Positions 22,529-30,250 of a stretch of 64,000 bases of DNA are shown here, piece by piece; the stretch's first letter is position 1; every line of letters starts with the position of its first letter. Made by a program: the position numbers and the translations under genes. This DNA comes from Meiothermus sp. (GTDB lineage: Bacteria > Deinococcota > Deinococci > Deinococcales > Thermaceae): positions 1-64,000 of the forward strand of contig JANRLD010000053.1 of assembly GCA_033762915.1 (NCBI GenBank), written 5' to 3'. Under the pieces are notes generated by a model. That model made no database searches and was not told the DNA's origin. It was given only the letters and a program-made list of their open reading frames with translations.

Positions 22529-22584
22529 CGATGGGTTAGGCCTTACTCGTAGAACACCGGCGTGCACCAAGAACGCCCCAAACC

Positions 22585-22914
22585 TCAAGACCCACCCAAG
22601 TGCCACAGAGTCGGGTAGTTGATGATGGGACGCTCGAACTCTACGCCGATGGCGACGAACTCCTTAGCAAGCGCGGCCATCTCGGGGAGCGAGGCCATAG
22701 CGTTTGCGTGTTCCATAGTGTCCCACACGCTCACATTGACCATAGTGCACGACGCCTCGTCCGAACCAGCATAGTAAGCCAGACAACCCGGCAAGGCACG
22801 GATTACGGGCACCAGCGACCCGGACGACTCCGCAAGGCGGGCAGTGACCAGGGCATGCAACTCACTGGTGTAGCGACCCTTGGAGATACGCACGATCACA
22901 ACAGGCTCCAGCAT
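22585..22914 (-). CDS. Antibiotic biosynthesis monooxygenase (ABM)-like protein
   Basis: LPGCLAYYAG..VSVWDT.EHA ferredoxin-like pattern; start uncertain. Confidence 0.65.
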   Translation of the reverse strand: MLEPVVIVRISKGRYTSELHALVTARLAESSGSLVPVIRALPGCLAYYAGSDEASCTMVNVSVWDTMEHANAMASLPEMAALAKEFVAIGVEFERPIINYPTLWHLGGS

Positions 22915-23183
22915 GGCGGATTGGGCATGGTAGGCAATTATACCGCACCTGCAGCACGCTATGAGATTGGCCATAAACTCATATGCTGCCACCTCGAGGT
23001 CACAAGCCTCGAACTCGAGCCCCACTTCGCAGCCTCACCTCGAGCCCGCACCCCACTACCTTAGGTCTCGCGGCGGGCCTCGAGCTAACCGCTCGAGGCT
23101 TCAATTTTGGCAGTTTTCAAACACCAGTCTCGAGGCCGAAGTGCGGCACGCAAGCACGCCCTACGGCTCTGAACTCCCGGCGC

Positions 23184-23867
23184 TCAACTTTCAGGCTGTG
23201 CGGCAGCAAAGTCGGATCTCATCGCCAAGAAGCCTTGCGGATGCGCGACAGATGCAACGTACTCGTATATACGCCTGGCGAGTTGATCGGGAGTAGTTCG
23301 GGATGTGTCCAGTTCGAGATCGTATCGGCGGGTCGGGCCGTGAACGAGCGGAAACTGGGCTCTCGCCGAATTGACGAAACGGTCTCCCCGTTCTCGTTCC
23401 CGACGCTCAACGATCTCCAGCGGGCAGTTGACCGCGATAAAATACACCGATTGTCCGCTCAGCTCTCGGACATACTCCTTCAACATGCCATCGCCAAAGA
23501 GCACCTCATCCACAACCAGGTCACTTCCTGCGCGGGCGAGTGCGCCGATTGCCCCCACCATCCCCGCGAAGAGTTTTTTCGCATAAGGCCCTTGGCGTAT
23601 CTCGACCACGGAACCTTGTTCTGTGTGCGTCGGGGCGAACTCCAGGCCGAGGTGGGCGTCCGGGCCGTCGCCGCAGAACCGGGTCGGCATCATGTCAATA
23701 AAGCTGTCAACCCCAACGTGCAGAAGGGGTGTGCGCCAAAGGTCTTGCAGCGCCCTTGCTATCGAACTCTTTCCGCTGCTCGAGACACCATTGAGAAAAA
23801 TGACCACAAAAACCTCCAGCGCATTACCGGAGTTAAATTTTACTTCACCAGCCGCAGCTCTCTTCAT
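23184..23867 (-). CDS. Chloramphenicol 3-O-phosphotransferase-like P-loop kinase
   Basis: IFLNGVSSSGKSSIARALQ, VVDEV, ERRERERGDR, YDLELDTS; true start may be ~50 bp inside. Confidence 0.82.
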   Translation of the reverse strand: MKRAAAGEVKFNSGNALEVFVVIFLNGVSSSGKSSIARALQDLWRTPLLHVGVDSFIDMMPTRFCGDGPDAHLGLEFAPTHTEQGSVVEIRQGPYAKKLFAGMVGAIGALARAGSDLVVDEVLFGDGMLKEYVRELSGQSVYFIAVNCPLEIVERRERERGDRFVNSARAQFPLVHGPTRRYDLELDTSRTTPDQLARRIYEYVASVAHPQGFLAMRSDFAAAQPES

Positions 23868-23958
23868 CTACCCCACTGCCTCGGCGTACTCGCAGAGGGC
23901 CTCGAGCCTTCCACAAAACATCACAATCCGTATTTGAGCGGTCGGGCATGTACCACCG

Positions 23959-24588
23959 TCAGGGTCTTGCTTCGTCCCCCTGAACCGGGTCACGCCTGAA
24001 GGTCCAGAACCTGATCCCGCTGCGCGGCTCGAGCCCTTGGGTAATCACCTTGAACCCGCGCCGGGTATAAAAAGGCAGGTTCCCCGGTTCGACGGTTTCC
24101 AGGTAGCAGGGCAGCCCTTCGGCTTCGGCCCGCTTCAAGATTGGCTCGAGCAGGGCAGCCCCTAAGCCCCGGCCCTGTTGCGAGGCATCAACCCCAATCA
24201 GCGGCAGATACCAGTGCCACGGTGACACGTCCTGCAGGTGGTATTGCTCGAGGTAACCCATCACGCCGTTAAAACGCTCCCACGGCTCGGTGCCCAAAAC
24301 TTCTGGGGCCCGGTCGAGTCCGGCCTGTGCTACGCGGTCGGGCGACATCTCAACTTCACCGGGGGGCAACCAGACCGCCACGCCATCGGTTCGGCCCGCC
24401 GTGGAATAGACCTCGCCGAACAGGTGCCCGTACCGCACGAAGGCCGTGAAATGCCACGGCAGCAGACGCGCCCGCTCGCCCTCGTCGGGGAACATGTACA
24501 CACAGATGGGGTCGTGGAAAAAGCTGCCCGCAAGAACCTCCCCGGCCCTGGGAATCTCCGACTCTGGCAGGCGAATGATCTTCGACAT
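23959..24588 (-). CDS. GNAT acetyltransferase
   Basis: HWYLPLIGVD..QQGRGLG, CYLET, NLPFY.RRGF. Confidence 0.9.
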   Translation of the reverse strand: MSKIIRLPESEIPRAGEVLAGSFFHDPICVYMFPDEGERARLLPWHFTAFVRYGHLFGEVYSTAGRTDGVAVWLPPGEVEMSPDRVAQAGLDRAPEVLGTEPWERFNGVMGYLEQYHLQDVSPWHWYLPLIGVDASQQGRGLGAALLEPILKRAEAEGLPCYLETVEPGNLPFYTRRGFKVITQGLEPRSGIRFWTFRRDPVQGDEARP

Positions 24589-24630
24589 GTGCGGTGACCT
24601 CGTGGGCAGCCGTCCCTATAGTTTGGCCGG

Positions 24631-25152
24631 TCAGACGGCCGAGACCCCTCGAGCCATCACCAGGTCGCGCTGGGGGTCGCGGCCGAGGGTGAAGCGGTGC
24701 TCGCCCACCTCGACAAACCCAAACTTCCGGTAGAACGCCTGGGCCCTGGGGTTGTGCTCCCACACCCCCAGCCAGACCACGTCCGACCCCCGCACGGCAG
24801 CCGCCTCGAGACAGGCCCGCATCAGGTCGTGGGCCAGCCCCCGGCCGTGCCAGTCGCTCGAGACGTACAGCCGCCCAATTTCGGCGGGCGACCCGGCCGC
24901 CACACAGCCCGGCGCCCCGCCCCAGTGGAGTTGGGCATACCCCACCAGCCGGCCCCCCTCCTCGCACAACAGGGTGAGCCGCTTGGGGTCGGCGATCTCG
25001 GCCGCTTGGACAGCCTCGCCGTAGCTGGCCCGGCAGTGCAGCTCCATGTCCTCGGGGGTGTTGGCGGCCCCGAAGGTCTCCCTGAACGTATCTTCGGCCA
25101 ACTGTGCGAGGGCCCTGGCATCGCTGGGAACTGCGTTTCGTATAGCCGGCAA
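24631..25152 (-). CDS. GNAT acetyltransferase (PaiA-like)
   Basis: TFRETF..NTPEDM, RLYV..HGRGLA, WLGVWEHNPRA..FY.KFGF. Confidence 0.9.
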   Translation of the reverse strand: MPAIRNAVPSDARALAQLAEDTFRETFGAANTPEDMELHCRASYGEAVQAAEIADPKRLTLLCEEGGRLVGYAQLHWGGAPGCVAAGSPAEIGRLYVSSDWHGRGLAHDLMRACLEAAAVRGSDVVWLGVWEHNPRAQAFYRKFGFVEVGEHRFTLGRDPQRDLVMARGVSAV

Positions 25153-25210
25153 CCCGACCTCCTATCGTTTGTGGCTCGAGTTTACCTCACCATTGGGCGC
25201 GCGCCACTTG

Positions 25211-25678
25211 CTAGAGGCTTGTACCGCGCAATGCCAGCAGCGCCGAGGCCAGCGCGACGAGACCGACGGCGGTGCGGAACCAGTGCCACGAGGCCCAACG
25301 TGCCAACTCCGCAGGAAGAGCTTCAGGCGTGATGCTCGCCTGGGCAAAGCTGGCGTTGGCACGCTGAAAGTACAGAAAGTACGTGGAAAGCATCACCAAC
25401 GCCAGAGCAGCGGCGACAACCGACGCAGGACTTAGCGGACGATTGGTGAGGACCGATAGAATTGCGGCAACAACGGCAAGAAGCGTTGCACCCGCAGTAA
25501 GCGGCGCGAAAAACGTATACAGGCGATGCGCATGCGCCGCATGCAGGGTGAAAAACTCCTGGGGCGGCAATGTCCTCCACATAGGAACAAGCACCATCGC
25601 CTCTGTGAGCAGCGCACCAACAAACAGAGCGAGACCCGCAGCAGCCAGAAAAGGCATTACCTCAGCAAACAGATTCAT
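25211..25678 (-). CDS. DUF1772-like membrane protein
   Basis: Four TM segments, W..WHW.RT motif; GGAGAG RBS. Confidence 0.7.
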   Translation of the reverse strand: MNLFAEVMPFLAAAGLALFVGALLTEAMVLVPMWRTLPPQEFFTLHAAHAHRLYTFFAPLTAGATLLAVVAAILSVLTNRPLSPASVVAAALALVMLSTYFLYFQRANASFAQASITPEALPAELARWASWHWFRTAVGLVALASALLALRGTSL

Positions 25679-25811
25679 AGGCTCTCCATAGAGTGGGTTG
25701 GGTATATTTTTGGCTGGACCACACCTGCGGAACATCGTTCCAGAAGAGATACGCCGCAGTGTGGGTATCCGAGGGGCCGAGACCGTGTTCCACTCAACCG
25801 CCTCCTTCCCC

Positions 25812-25900
25812 ATCGCGTTTCCCACCCTTACCTCCCTCGCGGCGGCAGGTAATATACTCCCTACAGCGTTGCTTTAGGGAGTATGCGTGGGAACCGCTCT
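25812..25900. repeat. Repeat family A, internally deleted copy
   Basis: Same ends as 9766-9870. Confidence 0.85.
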
Positions 25901-26093
25901 AGCGCTCGAATATAGGCTGACCAACAATAAAAAACAATCGCCCATTTTGTATCTTGGCAGAGAAAAACCCCCAGCCTGGATGATGTGTGGATTGGCAGAC
26001 TCGCTTTGAGCAAAACCGGATGCTCGAGCCGTGGACGACTTGCTGGCTCAGCGGCGGAGGACGACACCTCCTCAAGTAACCGACCCAGGGCCA

Positions 26094-27260
26094 TCAGCGG
26101 GGGTTCTGCTTGATTATCTCCAGGGCCGCCCGCTGGTAGGCTCGAGCGTCTACAAAATTGGGGTCGTCACGGTGACCAAGCCGCACCACAACCGCATTAA
26201 GGTGTGGAATCACAAAAATGTACTGCCCCAAAATCCCACTAAAGTAGGGCATCGGCTGACCATCGAACGGGGCGATCCAGAACTGGTAGCCGTAGTAATT
26301 CACCACATCGCCTTCGCCGTCGCGAAGGCCGCTTTGCGGCCCGATGGCTTCGCTCAAGTAGCCCTGCGGTATGAGCTGCCGGTTGTTCCAGCGGCCTTTT
26401 TGCAGCACCAACTGGCCCAGGCGAGCGAAGTCTCGAGGGGTGCTGTTGAAGCAGCAGTTGGCCTTGATGGTGCCTTGTTCGCGGTCAAGGCTCCAGCTTG
26501 CGTCTTGCTCGGCTCCAATGGGTTTCCAAATCTTCTCGCTGGCGTACTCACTGAGGGGCTGCCCAGTGGCGGCCTCGAGGGCCATACCCAAGATTTGCGT
26601 ATCGGCGCTGGAGTAGTACCACACCTTGCCCGGCGGGTGTTTGACCGCCAGGTTTACCACCTGGTTTCTGAGGTTCTCACCGTAATACAGCTCAGTTGTG
26701 GGCGAAAAAGGCGAGGTATAGGCCTCATCCCAGTCGAGGCCAGATGTCATGGTAAGCAAATGCCTAAAGCTAATGGCGGCCTTGGTGGCCACCCTGAACT
26801 CGGGAATGAAGTCGGCAATGGGCTGATCTAAACTCTTTATCTTGCCTTCTTCAAGGGCAACGCCCACCAGCAGGCTCACGATGCTTTTGGCCATCGAAAA
26901 CGACGCGCTGTAGGTGTTTTGCGTATGGCCTTCCCAGTAGCGCTCATGGACGATTTTGCCGTCTTGAATAACCAGTAAAGCCACCGTCCCATAACTCTCA
27001 ATGGTTTTCAGCAGGGCTGGCTCGAGGCTGGCTTTATTGTAGTTCTCGCTCAACTCCCACGGCTGAGGGGTGGAGGCATTCACGGTACGCTTGGCGAAGA
27101 TTTGGTGGTCTTCGATGCCAGCATACTGGTACAGGAGAACCTTAGAAAACGTAGGTGAGCAGCCGTTCAGGGCAAGTCCAACTGCAACCAAGGCCAACAA
27201 CAGACCCACCGGCCACCGGATCAGACCCAAAAACGCAAAGATACGAAATGACCACCGCAT
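26094..27260 (-). CDS. Beta-lactamase-family serine hydrolase, exported
   Basis: SMAK (SxxK), LLTMTSGL, YSS, RDFARLG, YGYQFW; N-terminal hydrophobic segment. Confidence 0.88.
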   Translation of the reverse strand: MRWSFRIFAFLGLIRWPVGLLLALVAVGLALNGCSPTFSKVLLYQYAGIEDHQIFAKRTVNASTPQPWELSENYNKASLEPALLKTIESYGTVALLVIQDGKIVHERYWEGHTQNTYSASFSMAKSIVSLLVGVALEEGKIKSLDQPIADFIPEFRVATKAAISFRHLLTMTSGLDWDEAYTSPFSPTTELYYGENLRNQVVNLAVKHPPGKVWYYSSADTQILGMALEAATGQPLSEYASEKIWKPIGAEQDASWSLDREQGTIKANCCFNSTPRDFARLGQLVLQKGRWNNRQLIPQGYLSEAIGPQSGLRDGEGDVVNYYGYQFWIAPFDGQPMPYFSGILGQYIFVIPHLNAVVVRLGHRDDPNFVDARAYQRAALEIIKQNPR

Positions 27261-27388
27261 GTTTATCAATTCCCTTTCGTGAGATTCTAACACCCCCTCG
27301 CACTGGCGCGGCAAGCCGCATCACCAGCCAGAACAGGGTGATGCTCGAGGCCCTCTGGGTCTAGCCCAAGAAGGGTGTCCAAATCGCA

Positions 27389-27826
27389 CTAGGTCGGAGC
27401 GTTTTGGGCCATTAGCTCGTTGATGCGGGCGTCGGAATAGGAGAGCAACTTACCCCAAGCCCTGGCCAGCCTTCGCCGTGGTTCCCCGGCATACCCCCGG
27501 CCCAGCGATAGGCGCTCACGTTCGCGCTTTAGGGCCAAGTAGCGTTCCAGCGCATCGCCCCGGTAGATCAGGAGCACCTGTTTTCCGCCGGCCTGGTAGG
27601 CCGGAAAAAGGTCGGTCTGGATCAGGTCGGTCTCAAGGTACAGCTCCACCTTAAACTGTTCGGCCATACGCCGGGCCTCTGGAAGGATGGCTTGCATCCG
27701 CTCGGGGGTGGCGGGTTCGCTCAGGGCCAGCTGCTTGACGCCGGCGGCCACCATCTCGCAGAACGCGAAGATCACCCCCAGTGCGAACGCGTCGGAGTCG
27801 AGGGCGTTGTCTGCGTTCAGGGCCAC
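27389..27826 (-). CDS. Hypothetical protein
   Basis: Coding-like ORF (FCEMV.AGVK.LALS, GKLLSYS). Confidence 0.65.
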   Translation of the reverse strand: MALNADNALDSDAFALGVIFAFCEMVAAGVKQLALSEPATPERMQAILPEARRMAEQFKVELYLETDLIQTDLFPAYQAGGKQVLLIYRGDALERYLALKRERERLSLGRGYAGEPRRRLARAWGKLLSYSDARINELMAQNAPT

Positions 27827-27858
27827 GACGGGTACTCTGGTCCGGGGTGGGCGCAGGC

Positions 27859-28227
27859 TCAGGCCACCTTGAGAATGTCAAAGCCCTTGAACACCTGCCG
27901 AAGGGTCTCTTTGATGGCCGCAAAGGTCGCGTCGTCCGCATCGAACTCGACCTTTATGGTGGCGAAGTCTGGGTTGCCCAGTTCCTCCGCCTTGTCCGGC
28001 TCGAGCTTCACCACAAGGCTGGTGCGCGAAAGCCGCACCGAGGCCAGCCCCTCGTAGCTCGAGTTGGACTGGTCGTTGACCTCAAAGTGGTAGGCGCTGT
28101 CCTCGAACTCGGTGGCCCGCGTGAGGGCCAGATAGGCAGGCTCGTCGGGGTTTTCCTCGTTGGCCAGGACCAGCGAGGCCAGGGTTTCAGACGGCGTCGG
28201 CTCGATGTAGGTGGCGGCAAACTGCAT
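27859..28227 (-). CDS. Imm10-like immunity protein (tentative)
   Basis: Acidic 122 aa, Y.E.NDQ...Y.G...V.LSR..L pattern; GGAGGAG RBS. Confidence 0.55.
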   Translation of the reverse strand: MQFAATYIEPTPSETLASLVLANEENPDEPAYLALTRATEFEDSAYHFEVNDQSNSSYEGLASVRLSRTSLVVKLEPDKAEELGNPDFATIKVEFDADDATFAAIKETLRQVFKGFDILKVA

Positions 28228-28346
28228 ATCTCCTCCCCGATTTTTGGATACGCCGCATTCTACTACCCAGCCCCGCCGGCTCGAGCGGAAATCCGGCACG
28301 GTGGAGGTAGGGATGCCCGCACTTTTGGGAGCTGCCGTCTGCCCTC

Positions 28347-28447
28347 AGAGCGGTTCCCACACATACTCCCTACGGCGCTAAAGCGGGCGGTTTTTTACTG
28401 AGTACATTACCTGCCGCCGCGAGGGAGGTAGTGGTGGGAAACACGAT
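28347..28447. repeat. Repeat family A, inverted copy
   Basis: AGAGCGGTTCCCACACATACTCCC...GGTGGGAAACACGAT. Confidence 0.85.
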
Positions 28448-29289
28448 CACTTCTGAGCAATTAGCGGAATGGCGACCAGCATCAGGGCGATCCCGCCAAT
28501 CTGGGTAATGTTGAGCCTCTCTTTCAGGATCACCCAGGCCAGGACGGCGGTGAAGGCCGGATAGAGCGCCGACAGCACCGCCGCCGAGTCCAGCCGCCCG
28601 GTCTGGGCCGAGAGCAGGAAGCCCACGTTGCCCAGGCTGTCCAGAAGCCCCGAGAAGGCCGCCAGGGGCAGCGCGGCCCACACCAGCTTGGGGCGGTCGC
28701 GCAGACCCAGGAACAGCAGGAGCATCAGCACCCCGCCGCCCACCCTGGCCGCCGCCAACGGCCAGAACACCGAGCCGTCGGGGAGCTGCGCGGTGAGGAT
28801 TTTGAACCCGGCGAAGGCGAAGCCCGAGAGCACCGCCAGCAGCAGCCCATCCGAGCGTGCCCCCGTGGCATCGGGCCTCGAGACCACCCACACCCCCGCC
28901 AGCGCCAGCGCGAAGCCCAGCATCTGCAGGGGGCCGGGTAGCCCCTGGAACACTGCCGAGAACACGACCGGAATCCCCGCCGTCAGCACCGCCGAGACCG
29001 GGCTGACGATGCCCATATGACCCACCGCCATCGCCCTGAACAGCGCGATGATGCCCAGCCCGCCGACCACGCCCGCCGCCAGCCCAAGGCCCAGCTGGGA
29101 CCAGGCGGGGAAGGGCTCGCGGAAGAGCAGGCCCAGCAGCGTGTAAAAGACAAAGCCGAGGACGCTGCTGGTCAGAATCACCCAGAGTACGCTGACCCGC
29201 CGGGTGGCCAGGCCCCCGCTGAAGTCGCCCAGGCCCCAGGCGAATGCGGCGGCGAGGCCGAAGGATAGGGAGAGGAGTTCGGTTGACAT
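28447..29289 (-). CDS. DMT/EamA family transporter
   Basis: About 10 TM; WGLGDF.GG, LYP..T..LA...L.ERL. Confidence 0.88.
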   Translation of the reverse strand: MSTELLSLSFGLAAAFAWGLGDFSGGLATRRVSVLWVILTSSVLGFVFYTLLGLLFREPFPAWSQLGLGLAAGVVGGLGIIALFRAMAVGHMGIVSPVSAVLTAGIPVVFSAVFQGLPGPLQMLGFALALAGVWVVSRPDATGARSDGLLLAVLSGFAFAGFKILTAQLPDGSVFWPLAAARVGGGVLMLLLFLGLRDRPKLVWAALPLAAFSGLLDSLGNVGFLLSAQTGRLDSAAVLSALYPAFTAVLAWVILKERLNITQIGGIALMLVAIPLIAQK

Positions 29290-29641
29290 AAGGCTGATGT
29301 CGAGGATTAAGGGCTGAAGCTCGAGGGGGGTGAAAACCGGGCGGAACGGCGAGGGCAGTTAGTCTACAGCGCGCTCCGGTGGTCATTCCGACCAGAGAAG
29401 ACCCCTGCCCAGGTCGCCGTGGCACGGCGCTGTAACCGGGCCACGGCGCAAGGGATTGTCCGTCGCAAAAACGGGCATGTTTGCGCCGGGCGTGCGGATG
29501 GTCGGCACGCCCGTCAGCCTACCTTGTTCTCGCCCGTGGGCAAACTGGCACAAGGCCGAACGCCCGGGAACCAGACTGGGCGTTCGGCGGACTAGCAAAG
29601 ACCCAGGCGCAACCGGGCCGGTCAGCGTGCGCTCCAAGGCA

Positions 29642-29672
29642 GGCCGGGCCTCGAGAGTCTCGAGGCCCGGCC
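29642..29672. terminator. Perfect hairpin GGCCGGGCCTCGAGA-G-TCTCGAGGCCCGGCC
   Basis: 15-bp inverted repeat just downstream of the 29698 gene; no clear U tail. Confidence 0.45.
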
Positions 29673-29697
29673 CGATGCACCGAACAGCTTCTGGCGG

Positions 29698-30189
29698 CTA
29701 CTGGGCGTTCACCAGGTAGGTGGTGGTGAAGGTCGCCGAGCCAACCGTCGACCAGTAGCCAATTCTTTGCAGTGGACTCCGGGTCCAACGCTGCACAGTG
29801 GTGGTGTAGGTGGTGCCGTAGGAGAGGCCGGGCAGACCCGCAAAGCGGCTCTGCGGGGAGCAGGTGGCGGTGGTGCTGTCGGCCGACCACACCCAACTAC
29901 AGCTGACCGCCGCACCCGTACTGCTGGCCACCGAAAGCCGGATATTGCTCGGGATCTGGGCCTGGTAGAAGCGGACCACGATGTTGGTCGAGACGGGAAC
30001 GTTATTGCCCGCCGGGAAGATGGTTCCGTTGCAGCCGGGCAGGTTGAAGGTCACGCTGTTGCCGCAACACGGGATCGGGCACATCACCAGGTTCTGGCTG
30101 CTCACCTCGCCGGCGTCTGCCGAGCTTTCCTCGATGCTCCCACAGGCTGCCAACACCGCCACCAGCACCACCATCAAGAACTTGTTCAT
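29698..30189 (-). CDS. Lipoprotein with Ig-like (Big_5-like) domain
   Basis: Lipobox VLAAC; P.G..VPV.T.I.V.F, L.YGTTYT. Confidence 0.7.
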   Translation of the reverse strand: MNKFLMVVLVAVLAACGSIEESSADAGEVSSQNLVMCPIPCCGNSVTFNLPGCNGTIFPAGNNVPVSTNIVVRFYQAQIPSNIRLSVASSTGAAVSCSWVWSADSTTATCSPQSRFAGLPGLSYGTTYTTTVQRWTRSPLQRIGYWSTVGSATFTTTYLVNAQ

Positions 30190-30250
30190 ATTCCCTCTCC
30201 CTTATCCAAATACAGCTTCTAACCATCCCGGTCACAAACCGGTCACAAAA

